A stretch of DNA of 64,000 nt from Candidatus Eremiobacteria bacterium. Its GTDB lineage: Bacteria; Vulcanimicrobiota; Vulcanimicrobiia; Vulcanimicrobiales; Vulcanimicrobiaceae. Position numbers and translations under genes: made by a program. The stretch spans positions 96,001-160,000 of the forward strand of contig CAVWUU010000001.1 in assembly GCA_963758295.1 (NCBI GenBank), in the 5' to 3' direction. The notes under the pieces are model-generated. The model was not told where the DNA came from. It did not search any database and worked only from the letters and a program-made list of their open reading frames with translations. Numbering within the stretch: the stretch's first letter is position 1; each line of letters begins with the position of its first letter. Below, piece after piece: positions 10,522-19,559 of this stretch.

Positions 10522-11381
10522 CGATGCGCCTGCAGTTCGCGCCGCAACTCATGAACGAGCGCGGACGACGGATCCGCTGCCGCAGCCCGTGCAAGCTTCT
10601 GCTGCGCGGCGCCTCGATCGTCACGGGCTTGGAAGTCCACGATGCCCATACCCGCGAGCGCGTCGGCGTTCCCGGGACTCACGTCGAGCGCGCGGCGGTA
10701 CCATGCGTCGGCTTCCGTCCATCGCTTCAGCGTTACGGCTTCGTTGGCCGCGCCAAGCACGTTGGTTAAATCTAACGGCGCCAATTGCGCCGCCTTCGCG
10801 TAATCCCGATAGGCAACGCTCTGCCAAGCCGGGGCGTTCATTTGCGCCGCAATCGTTCCGAGCGTCCACCATCCGCGCGCAACCGCATCCGGATGCGTCT
10901 GCAGGCTCTCCAAGCGCGCGATGAAACGCTCTTCGAGCGCATATGCTTGCTGCGGATCGCTTCGGCGCAAACGCTGAATCAAAGCTTGAACGCCCGCGAT
11001 ATCGGGAGCCGCAAATGCGTACTCGAATGCGAGCGTCGAATTTCCGCGTGCGGCCGCGACGCGTTCGAGCAACCCATCACGCGCCGGACCCGCGGGCATG
11101 CGGACCGCATAGCGTTCTGCGCGATCCGCGTCGCCCGCTTTCAAGGCAGCCTGCGCAAGCGTGCTTTCTACGTAAGCCGCAGGCGCCGCGCGATCGAGCA
11201 ACTCGTACACGCGCATGCCGAACGCGCTTGGAATCCACGTAGGGAATGCGCCATAAGCCGCTGCTTCGGAGTAAAGAGCATCGGATGCTAATTGAATGGC
11301 GCCGAACGCGCAAAGCACGAGCGCGAGCGCCGTAAAGGCGATCGCTCGGACAGGCCGACCGCTGCTTTCCGTCGTCATCAT
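10518..11381 (-). CDS. TPR-repeat protein with N-terminal membrane anchor
   Basis: Hydrophobic N-terminus; TPR-like YRRALDVSPGNADALAGMG and YAKAAQLAP segments. Confidence 0.75.
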   Translation of the reverse strand: MMTTESSGRPVRAIAFTALALVLCAFGAIQLASDALYSEAAAYGAFPTWIPSAFGMRVYELLDRAAPAAYVESTLAQAALKAGDADRAERYAVRMPAGPARDGLLERVAAARGNSTLAFEYAFAAPDIAGVQALIQRLRRSDPQQAYALEERFIARLESLQTHPDAVARGWWTLGTIAAQMNAPAWQSVAYRDYAKAAQLAPLDLTNVLGAANEAVTLKRWTEADAWYRRALDVSPGNADALAGMGIVDFQARDDRGAAQQKLARAAAADPSSALVHELRRELQAHR

Positions 11382-11405
11382 GGAAGAATCAGAACAGGCG
11401 CGTTG

Positions 11406-12572
11406 CTAAAACTTGACCGTAAAATTGAGGTTCGCGTTGGTTTGCGTGAATGTAACCGGCGTCAGGTTGTCCTGATATCGATACTGCTTCGCCGAGAGCG
11501 AAACGCTCGCCGCATGCGGGAGCTGGAACGTCACTTTGCCGCCGTACACGTTATTAGTGGCATCGAGATTCGATAATCCCGGGGATCCATAACCGCCTTG
11601 CAAATGCTGCGTTTCAGCTTGCAAGTTCACCGTCACGTTGCGCGCCACCGGCACGCCCAGGCCCGCGGCCAAGCTGTGCTTGCTGACGTCGGCATACGCC
11701 GGCACGAGCACCGGAATGTTGTTCGATCCCATTTGCACCGTCGAGGTGGAGTCGAAGCTCGACGAGTTGAGTTCGGGATCGGTTACGGTTAGATGCTCGA
11801 ATCCGCTCGAGACGTCGATGTCGAATTTCTGCGAACCGACGCGGGTGTTGAACGTCGCACCGGTGTTTACGGCGTTGTCGTGCAACGCCAGCCCCGGGAC
11901 GTCGGCTTGCGCGCCTTCGACGTGCGGTTGCAAATGGACGTGGCCAACGCGAACGGGTACGGTTACGCCGGCCTGCGTTTGCGGCAACGACGTTGCGGGA
12001 TCCGGTCCGGACGAACCGGCGGTAAATGCTTCTTGAGGATTGAGCGTCGGGCTGAACGTGAGAAGTCCGGACCTTGTTCCCCCGCCGTTGCCTAGGTCGA
12101 AACGGAAGGATGCCGGCCCCGAGGTCGGTGCCGGAGCCGCATCGCGATAGAGCCCGATGACGGGGGCGGCGTCGGCGGTTAACCCGTCACTCATCGACGG
12201 CGTTGCAATCGCGGGCACGCGGTAGTTCGAAGGCCGAATCGCCGCTATGCCGCCAAGCCGTACCGACTCAAAGAGGTTTGCCGAAAGCAACGGCAGCGCA
12301 ATTTGCGGAATTAAAATCTGCGCGGTGCCCTTTCCCGCCGGCACTGACGCGACTCGCAAGGCGTAGTCGCGAAAGAACGATCCGCTCGTATTGTCGGCGA
12401 CGAAATCGGACTCGCGTGCAGCGCTTTCACCGAACACGCGCTGGAAGAGCTGCGCGCTGAAATCATTGTCGAGCGGAAAAAGTTGCGTGGGTTGGAACGC
12501 GGCGAGCGCAATAACCGGATGAAGCACTGCAACTAGTGCCGGTACGACGATAACGCTCAGCCAGCGAGGCAT
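11406..12572 (-). CDS. Secreted protein, probable outer-membrane beta-barrel
   Basis: Signal peptide, amphipathic beta-strands in the C-terminal half, terminal beta-signal NLNFTVKF. GGAGG RBS before ATG 12572. Confidence 0.6.
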   Translation of the reverse strand: MPRWLSVIVVPALVAVLHPVIALAAFQPTQLFPLDNDFSAQLFQRVFGESAARESDFVADNTSGSFFRDYALRVASVPAGKGTAQILIPQIALPLLSANLFESVRLGGIAAIRPSNYRVPAIATPSMSDGLTADAAPVIGLYRDAAPAPTSGPASFRFDLGNGGGTRSGLLTFSPTLNPQEAFTAGSSGPDPATSLPQTQAGVTVPVRVGHVHLQPHVEGAQADVPGLALHDNAVNTGATFNTRVGSQKFDIDVSSGFEHLTVTDPELNSSSFDSTSTVQMGSNNIPVLVPAYADVSKHSLAAGLGVPVARNVTVNLQAETQHLQGGYGSPGLSNLDATNNVYGGKVTFQLPHAASVSLSAKQYRYQDNLTPVTFTQTNANLNFTVKF

Positions 12573-12652
12573 GCTTCCTCCGGACCCGCAGAAGGCCGCC
12601 CTTCTTTTATCCACGGGCTATTATTATCGTCTAAATGGGGCGGACGTTTCAG

Positions 12653-13069
12653 TTATACCAGATTTGGCCGCTCGCCTTCGTCGGCCAGGTAGCGACGGGC
12701 GATAAGGACTGCCGCGTAATCGTCGATTGGTCTAGGCGGCACTTGCATCCCGAGCGGGATCAGTTTTCGCCATCCTCTCGGCGGATGGTCGGCAAAGTAC
12801 AGGGCCCGCGCCCTTAGGGTAGTTTCCCGCTCGTCTACCGGATGAACCGGCACGCCGATGGCCGCCAGGACGGTCCCGATGCGGGCGGCGTTCGTACCCG
12901 TCCCGAGCGCGACGGCTTCTATTTCGTGCGTGGCACCGATCTCGGCGAGCCGTGCCGGCAGCCGCTGGATGTCCTCGATACCCATGATCAACACGTCGCC
13001 GGCCCCGTCCACGAGCGCGTAGCCCGCTTTGCGCGTGCCGGGGTCGACACCTAGAATAACGCGGCTCAT
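12653..13069 (-). CDS. YqgF/RuvX-like RNase H-fold nuclease
   Basis: ILGVDPGTRKAG, VDERETT, IDDYAAVLI motifs. Confidence 0.85.
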   Translation of the reverse strand: MSRVILGVDPGTRKAGYALVDGAGDVLIMGIEDIQRLPARLAEIGATHEIEAVALGTGTNAARIGTVLAAIGVPVHPVDERETTLRARALYFADHPPRGWRKLIPLGMQVPPRPIDDYAAVLIARRYLADEGERPNLV

Positions 13070-14007
13070 CGCACCGGTGTGAGCGTGATTACGACCGGAA
13101 CCCCGCCCGTGTGCGGGTAGACATCCTCAGACGCATAGGCGGTCATCACATAGCTGCCGGCCTTCGCCAGCATCTTTTGCATCGTTTGGGCGTTCGGCAA
13201 CAGGCCTTGTCCCTGAACGTTGCTCGCCAGTACCGGCGGCAGGCCCGCGGCGGACCGGGCCGCGTTTACGATGAGCGGCTGAAGCTCGTTGAGGGCGATA
13301 ACCGGATTTGCGTTCGTCCCGCCCGGGATACGAAGCTGCGCGATGATCTGGCCCTTCACGATACGCCGCGTATCGGGCACGAGCGACAACGCGAAATGAA
13401 TTTCATCGTGTTCGTAGAGATTCTGATCCGAGCTCACGAGCATGATGACGGGACTCTGAATCAGCACGGCCGTGACGTCCGGCTTGCTGTACGTGTCGCT
13501 AAGCAGTTTGTCGATGTTTTGCGGCGGCGTAAACGGGCGCAGCCCGTACGCCGGATAGGTGCTGTTGATGTAGCGCACCGATTCTTCGTAGAACGACTTG
13601 ATGCGCTTGAGCCGGTCGTCCACCGGATCGGCCTGCGGCAGCGATCGGTAGAACGGCACCATCAACTTATCAACCGGAAAGACCAGCTTGCCGTTATTCA
13701 CTTTGCTTTCGAGCGCGTGTTCCCGCGACGTCAGCTCGGCGATCTGCGCGTTGATTTGGTTGAGCTTGAAGAACGCCGTCTTTACTTCTTGCGATGCCAG
13801 AATGGCGATCATCGTTACGATGAACGCGATGAGCATGCCGGTTCCAACGGCGACGATCGTCGACGTATAGCGGGGGCGGATCCCAAAGAGCGTTAGACGC
13901 TTGCGGCCGACTTGATGGCCGACGCGATCCCCGACATACGCGATCGCGCCCGCGACGATCATGATGAAGAGCACCGTCAATGCGCCGCGGATGAAGTCGA
14001 CGATCAT
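13066..14007 (-). CDS. DUF3084-domain membrane protein
   Basis: IAYVGDRVGHQVGRKRLTLFGIRPRYT signature; follows lptF/G as in cyanobacterial and Negativicute envelope clusters. Confidence 0.85.
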   Translation of the reverse strand: MIVDFIRGALTVLFIMIVAGAIAYVGDRVGHQVGRKRLTLFGIRPRYTSTIVAVGTGMLIAFIVTMIAILASQEVKTAFFKLNQINAQIAELTSREHALESKVNNGKLVFPVDKLMVPFYRSLPQADPVDDRLKRIKSFYEESVRYINSTYPAYGLRPFTPPQNIDKLLSDTYSKPDVTAVLIQSPVIMLVSSDQNLYEHDEIHFALSLVPDTRRIVKGQIIAQLRIPGGTNANPVIALNELQPLIVNAARSAAGLPPVLASNVQGQGLLPNAQTMQKMLAKAGSYVMTAYASEDVYPHTGGVPVVITLTPVR

Positions 14008-14011
14008 GCCG

Positions 14012-15169
14012 CTATACCAGGGCTGCGCGGCGTAGCCGCACGGCTCCGATGATGGTGAAAATTACGTTGGGCATCCATGCCATGATCGGCGCGAGCGGCA
14101 GAAAGGCCTGACCGACGTACGAAAAGATCGTCATCACGATGTAGTACACGAACACGATCGCGACCGCCAAACCGAATCCAAGACTCGTGCTGCCTCCTCC
14201 GCGCGACGCGCGAATGCCGAACGGCACCGCGATAAGCGTGAACACGAAACAGGCGAACGGACGCGCTAACTTTTCTTGGTAAGTCGTCACGTACCGGCGC
14301 AACTCCGACTGCGAAAGCTGGCCCGATTTCACGACGTCCGCGATCTCGGCCCGGCTCATCGACTCGGGATCGTTATTGCTCAAGCGCTTCACGATATCGG
14401 TTGGCTTCTCGCCGAGTGCGACCTCCTGCTTCGGCACATGCGGCTCGGTCACGATCGTGCCGTCCGGATTGAACCGGTAGAGGCTGACGTTTTCCAACGC
14501 CCACTTATCGGCCGCAAAGTCGGCGCGATCGGCGAAGATCACCTGCGTGGGCTGATTGTTTCGATCGTATTGCACCAGCGTCACGTGCAGCAGCGCTTGC
14601 GAATGCGGCTCGTACGCCGTGGCGAGCGTGATCTGCCGGCCACCGCCCGGCAACGGCGCCGAGACGGTCAAGTCATGACTGAACGCGCTCGTGTGCGAAA
14701 TCGCGACATTTTCGATCTCGGTAACCTGGTCCGCCGCATAAGGCGCAACGAATTCACCGAGGATGAACGTGACGATCGACATGGCGATGCCCGCCCACAG
14801 CAACGGCGCCATGATGCGCGTGAACGTAATGCCGCCGGCCTTCATCGCGGTGAGTTCGCTCTCGCCCGAAAGACGTTGAATGGCGAGGAGCGTACCGAGT
14901 AACAATGCCATCGGAATGACCAGGACGACTTCGCTGGGCAGGCCCCAGAGAAAGACTTCGATCGCCGCCCAAAGCGGCGCATGCTCCGTTGAGACGAGCC
15001 GGCCGATGGCGAGCAGCTGCGTAGCTGCAAAGATCAACGTGAACGCCGAAAGCCCAAAGCCGAACGGCCCGAGGAGTTCGGCGATCATGTACCGGTCCAA
15101 AATCGTGGGCCGGATGCGCCGTGGCAGATAACGCCACCACGGCTTCGACATGTCTACAGTCGCCGCCAC
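14012..15169 (-). CDS. LPS export permease LptF/LptG family
   Basis: ILDRY, IPMALLLGTL…RLSGESELTAMKAGG, MAWMPN; multi-pass membrane protein. Confidence 0.93.
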   Translation of the reverse strand: MAATVDMSKPWWRYLPRRIRPTILDRYMIAELLGPFGFGLSAFTLIFAATQLLAIGRLVSTEHAPLWAAIEVFLWGLPSEVVLVIPMALLLGTLLAIQRLSGESELTAMKAGGITFTRIMAPLLWAGIAMSIVTFILGEFVAPYAADQVTEIENVAISHTSAFSHDLTVSAPLPGGGRQITLATAYEPHSQALLHVTLVQYDRNNQPTQVIFADRADFAADKWALENVSLYRFNPDGTIVTEPHVPKQEVALGEKPTDIVKRLSNNDPESMSRAEIADVVKSGQLSQSELRRYVTTYQEKLARPFACFVFTLIAVPFGIRASRGGGSTSLGFGLAVAIVFVYYIVMTIFSYVGQAFLPLAPIMAWMPNVIFTIIGAVRLRRAALV

Positions 15170-15931
15170 TAGAGCCGGAAGCCTTCGCCTAAATAGAACT
15201 GCCGTGCGATCGGTGAATCCAGGACTTCTTGCGCGGTACCGGAGACTTCGATGCGCCCGTTATTCATGATGTACGCGCGATCGACGATGGCCAGCGTTTC
15301 GCGCACTTGGTGATCCGTGATGAGCACGCCCAAGCCGCGATCGCGCAGTTGCCGGATCATCGCTTGAATGTCCGCCACGGCAATCGGGTCGATGCCGGTA
15401 AACGGTTCGTCAAGTAACAAAAACGCCGGCTCGGTAGCGATCGCGCGAGCGATCTCGACGCGGCGGCGTTCGCCGCCGGAAAGGCTGTCGCCGTGAGCGT
15501 CGACGAAGCGACGCAAACCGAATTCTTCCAACAACACCGGAAGACGGCGCTCTTGCTCGGCGCGCGGCACGCCGTTCTGCTCCCAGATGAGCCGGATGTT
15601 GTCGCCGACGGAGAGTTTGCGGAAAATCGAATTTTCTTGCGCGAGATAGCCGATGCCGTTGCGCGCGCGTTCGTACATTGGGCGGCCCGACGAGATTGAT
15701 TTCGCGTTCGCCGTTATCGAGAACGACCGTGCCGCCGTCGGGCTTCACGAGCCCAACGACAATGTAAAACGTCGTCGTCTTGCCGGCGCCGTTGGGACCA
15801 AGAAGGCCGACAACCTCGCCGGTATTGACCTCGGCGCTCACTCCGTTCACCACGGCGCGCTCGCCGTAGTTCTTCACGAGTCCTCGAAGTTTGATCGAGT
15901 GTAAATGTTGTGCTGTTGCCGTGGCGTTCAT
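15169..15931 (-). CDS. lptB: LPS export ATPase LptB, split by one extra base near 15691
   Basis: 5' ORF has [12 protein letters not shown]; 3' ORF has PMYERAR…[38 protein letters not shown]. Removing one base in ATCAATCTCGTCGGGC joins the two. Confidence 0.92.
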
Positions 15932-16467
15932 TGCATCTGCGTGTGGGTGAGCGTGATGTCGGAGTCCACGCGGTTTCCCGTCGCATGGAAGCCGTTATTT
16001 TCCGTGATAACGACGTGGCCGTCCCCGTGGAACATCTCCGTCGTACGATCGTAATGAAGAGTATCGCACTGGAGCGTCATTCCCGTGGCATTATGTGCCG
16101 TAACGTTCCCCTGCAGCTCCACGATGTTGGTACTTTGGTCGACGATTGCTCGTTGCGAGTCCGCGATCAGTTTCGAGCCGTCTTTTCCGTAGAACGTTAC
16201 ATGGGGATTCATGAAGGTGGCCTTCGCCGTTCCGGGCGCGCCCTTGCTGCTAAACGAACGCGCGTCGATCTCGTATTGTTTCGCATTCCCTTTTTGACCC
16301 AGAAAGCGAACGGGCTGCTTCGCCGTGCCGCTGCCGGTGATGTTCAACGCAAGCGGCGCCGACGAGCTCGGGCTTTGCGAGGGCTTTGGGGCGGCGGTTT
16401 TAGGGGCTTGCGGATTGCATGCGGAAAGCGCGGCCGCTGCCGCAAGGGCCGTCCAACGTTTATTCAT
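15928..16467 (-). CDS. lptC: LptC-family LPS export protein (lipoprotein-type signal)
   Basis: LSAC lipobox, beta-jellyroll-like strands, directly upstream of lptB. Confidence 0.8.
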   Translation of the reverse strand: MNKRWTALAAAAALSACNPQAPKTAAPKPSQSPSSSAPLALNITGSGTAKQPVRFLGQKGNAKQYEIDARSFSSKGAPGTAKATFMNPHVTFYGKDGSKLIADSQRAIVDQSTNIVELQGNVTAHNATGMTLQCDTLHYDRTTEMFHGDGHVVITENNGFHATGNRVDSDITLTHTQMQ

Positions 16468-17678
16468 GCATCCACCGTTCCGGCACGCGCCGTGGCAAGT
16501 GCCAACGCCAGCGTGGGAAACCACAATCCGAAAATTACGACGCTCACAGTATCGATCAGCCCTTGCACGAGCGTTCCCACAAGTCCCGCCGCCACCGCAA
16601 GAGCCAGCAGCGCGGCCTCATCGCTTGCTATCGCAAGACGCCGCCGAAGTTCCACAGCAAAGGCCCAGAACGTCCACACGATCGGCGCAACGCCGACGAT
16701 GCCCAGCTCGGCCAGAAACGTAAGGTAGACGCTGTGCGCGTGAAAGGCCGTTGCGTCTCCGTCCGGCAGCCGCAACAGCGCGTACAATCGCGAAAATCCG
16801 AACGGTCCAACGCCGGTAAGCGGAAACCGGTCGATCGCGGCGACCGCCGTTTGCCAAATGGAAAGACGCGTGTAATTCTCGCTCGGATCGTGGTGGGCGT
16901 TGAAGAGCAGCAATACCGCAAGGAGCGCCGCACCCACGATCGCGGCTCCGAGCCCGATCCCGATGTGCTTTTGACGTGACCGCACGGCGACGAAAAACGC
17001 GATCGCGCTGGCCAATCCGATCCAACCGGTCCGCGAGAACGTCATGATTATCGTAACAACGGCAATGGCGGCCGCTGCGCCCGCCGCTGTGCGAAGCGCT
17101 CGCGTCCGCGCTACGCGCGACAACGCATACGCTATCGGAATGAAGACGATCAAATAACCGGCCAGTTCACCCGGAAGAATGAAAGTGCCGATTGCCCGAC
17201 CGTGACCGATGGTGTATTGAGCGGCGGGATGGCGCGTGACGACCATCACGATCGCGAGCACACATGCCGCGGCGCCCGAGACGATATACGCCCAGAAGAT
17301 CGCGCGCGCAACGCCGCGATCCTCGTAAAAGCGCATCACCGAACAGTACCACGCTAATCCCAAAAATAAAATGCCGACGAAGATGGCTCCGTCACGTGGA
17401 TTGAATCCGGCGAGCACCGCCAGCACGCCGCCGCCGAGCCAAAAAAGCAACGGCTTCCCGAGCGCAATTGGGACACGCGGCAGCGCCAACATCGTGGCTC
17501 CCGCAATCAGCGCGAGCAGCACCATTAGGCCGAGAATCGCGAGCGCAACCGGAACCGGGAGCAGCGATACACCGGGAAAGTCCACGCTCGTAAACGTGAT
17601 AAAGATTGGAAACAGCGGAAGGCACGCATAAACGACGGCGAACATCGCCGGCATATTGCGCCGGACGAGCGCGGTCAT
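16464..17678 (-). CDS. O-antigen ligase (WaaL/Wzy_C) family membrane protein
   Basis: RAIGTF, TFSRTGW, R…IW, GVGPFGF, HAHSVYL…ELG motifs. Confidence 0.9.
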   Translation of the reverse strand: MTALVRRNMPAMFAVVYACLPLFPIFITFTSVDFPGVSLLPVPVALAILGLMVLLALIAGATMLALPRVPIALGKPLLFWLGGGVLAVLAGFNPRDGAIFVGILFLGLAWYCSVMRFYEDRGVARAIFWAYIVSGAAACVLAIVMVVTRHPAAQYTIGHGRAIGTFILPGELAGYLIVFIPIAYALSRVARTRALRTAAGAAAAIAVVTIIMTFSRTGWIGLASAIAFFVAVRSRQKHIGIGLGAAIVGAALLAVLLLFNAHHDPSENYTRLSIWQTAVAAIDRFPLTGVGPFGFSRLYALLRLPDGDATAFHAHSVYLTFLAELGIVGVAPIVWTFWAFAVELRRRLAIASDEAALLALAVAAGLVGTLVQGLIDTVSVVIFGLWFPTLALALATARAGTVDA

Positions 17679-18832
17679 CGCTTCACGCTTCGCACGATAG
17701 CGCCCGCGATCGCGCGCGCACCGCCCGGCGGCCCCATCAGCGCGCGTCCGGCAGCTGCCATGCGTTCGCGCCGCGCGGCGTCGGCCAACACGGTTTGCAC
17801 GCCCGTCGCTGCGGAGTCTAAATCGCCCGGAAACACCGCCAACGCGTCACCCAGTAATTCCGATTGCCGCATGCGGTACCACGCCGTTTTCCGGTCGCTG
17901 CCGCGCTCGAACGCTATCACGGGAATGCCGCCCGAAGCCGCCGCCTCGTTCGCGGTTCCCGCTTGTCCAACAACCAGTTGCACCCGCGTCAGTAACGGAC
18001 CTAGTTCACCGCGCCACGCGCGAATCAACGTTCGATCGCCGTCGCGCAATTCAAATTCGAGCGGGCCGTCGTGCAGGGGAACGACCGTCCACGTTTGCTG
18101 GAATGCCTCTCGGAAGCGCGCGAGATCTAACATCGGCGCGAGCGAAAGGACGCCGCCCAAGCTTTGATTCGATCCGGCGGCGCGGCGCAGGACGTCTGCG
18201 AGAAACACGGCATCATTGTAGGCGGCTTCGCGGCTGCCGGGAAACAGCGCAAGCGCCGGATCGAAGCCCGCGACTGCGCGGTCTGCGCTCAAATCATCGG
18301 CAACCGCAAAGAGATCGACGATAACGTTTCCCGGCGCGTCCGCCGCGACGCCTTGGGATCGCAAGCGTTCCGCCGTTGCGCTGTCGCGCACGAAAATCTG
18401 ATCGGCACGGCGCAGTACTCGCCGCTCCATCGTGCCGTACGGCGCTACCCGCACGCTCTTTGCCGTGCCGACGTACGTAGCCGGAACGCGCACCGCGAGC
18501 GCCATCAGCAATGCGTAGACGTCGCCGACTGCCACGACGCGCGCGTACCGGCCGCGCGCCCTTACCAAAAAGCGCCGTTGCGCGAGCGTCAATCCGAGCA
18601 ATCCGCCGCCGATGTCACGCACGATGTTCCGAACGTTCCCCATTGCTATGAGGCCGCCGCTCGGCATGGCTTCCTGCGGCCCGACGTCGTGCATGAAGCG
18701 GGCTTTGCTGCGCCCGACGAGCGCCAGATGGTCGATTTCAAGCTCGGGCGCAAGTTCCCGAACTTCCTGGGCGATGCGATCGGCAATGGCGATCTCGCCG
18801 TTGCCGTTGGACACGAAGAGCACCCGCTTCAC
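17675..18832 (-). CDS. Lipid-A-disaccharide-synthase-related GT-B protein (LpxB paralog)
   Basis: VSNGNGE, MPSGG, VAVGD, LFPGSR, AGTANE motifs as in the cyanobacterial LpxB-related family. Start set at GTG 18832. Confidence 0.8.
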   Translation of the reverse strand: MKRVLFVSNGNGEIAIADRIAQEVRELAPELEIDHLALVGRSKARFMHDVGPQEAMPSGGLIAMGNVRNIVRDIGGGLLGLTLAQRRFLVRARGRYARVVAVGDVYALLMALAVRVPATYVGTAKSVRVAPYGTMERRVLRRADQIFVRDSATAERLRSQGVAADAPGNVIVDLFAVADDLSADRAVAGFDPALALFPGSREAAYNDAVFLADVLRRAAGSNQSLGGVLSLAPMLDLARFREAFQQTWTVVPLHDGPLEFELRDGDRTLIRAWRGELGPLLTRVQLVVGQAGTANEAAASGGIPVIAFERGSDRKTAWYRMRQSELLGDALAVFPGDLDSAATGVQTVLADAARRERMAAAGRALMGPPGGARAIAGAIVRSVKR

Positions 18833-18833
18833 G

Positions 18834-19559
18834 TCAGGGCGCGCCGAGTAACGGGACGAGCTCGAACTCATCGATACGCAGACGTTTCTTCGAGTCGTCG
18901 TACGTTAGCTGCGTGCGCGACACATACTGTCCGTACGGGCCCGCATGAACGATCGGCACACCGCCGACGTATTCCGGTGCAAAAAGCGTGTCGTGACTGT
19001 GGCCGCCCAAAATCAGATCGATCCTCGGAACGGCGGCGGCAAGTTTGCGGTCGAGATTCAGCCCAACGTGCGAGAGAACGATCAGCGCATCGCCCTCAGG
19101 CAGGCGTTCTGCGTAAGTTCCAACCGCGTCCCACGGATCGAGAAAGCGCCATCCGAAAACGCGCTCGTACGGGCTGCCGTTGGGATACTGCATGATGAGC
19201 AATCCCAGTAGGTGAACGTTGATTCCGTCCGCATTCAACGTCATCGACCGGACGAACGGGAGCTCGCGGCCCTTCGTGTCCAGCAAGTTCGTGCAAACCA
19301 GCGGATGCGTCATCTTCTTGGCCCGCGCTCGCAACAACGGGAAAAGATAATGGAATTCGCGATTGCCGATCGCTTGCGCGTCGTACCCGGCGGCGTCAAT
19401 CTCGCCGATGATCGGCTCGTTGCGATGGTACACGGTCTGGCTTCCACGCAGAGAATCGCCACAGTCGAAAAGCAAACCGGGACGTTCCTCGCGCAACGCT
19501 TTCAAGCGCGGTGCGATGCCGCGATGATCGTGTAAGTCGGATGTGTGATAGATCCGCAC
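18834..19559 (-). CDS. Calcineurin-like metallophosphoesterase (5'-nucleotidase N-domain-like, stand-alone, no signal peptide)
   Basis: HTSDLH, DCGD, GNRE, SHVG, GGHSH motifs. Confidence 0.9.
   Translation of the reverse strand: MRIYHTSDLHDHRGIAPRLKALREERPGLLFDCGDSLRGSQTVYHRNEPIIGEIDAAGYDAQAIGNREFHYLFPLLRARAKKMTHPLVCTNLLDTKGRELPFVRSMTLNADGINVHLLGLLIMQYPNGSPYERVFGWRFLDPWDAVGTYAERLPEGDALIVLSHVGLNLDRKLAAAVPRIDLILGGHSHDTLFAPEYVGGVPIVHAGPYGQYVSRTQLTYDDSKKRLRIDEFELVPLLGAP

Noticed and set aside
12607..12615. Isolated DnaA-box-like TTATCCACG upstream of the OMP gene
   Set aside because: A single one-mismatch 9-mer is compatible with chance.
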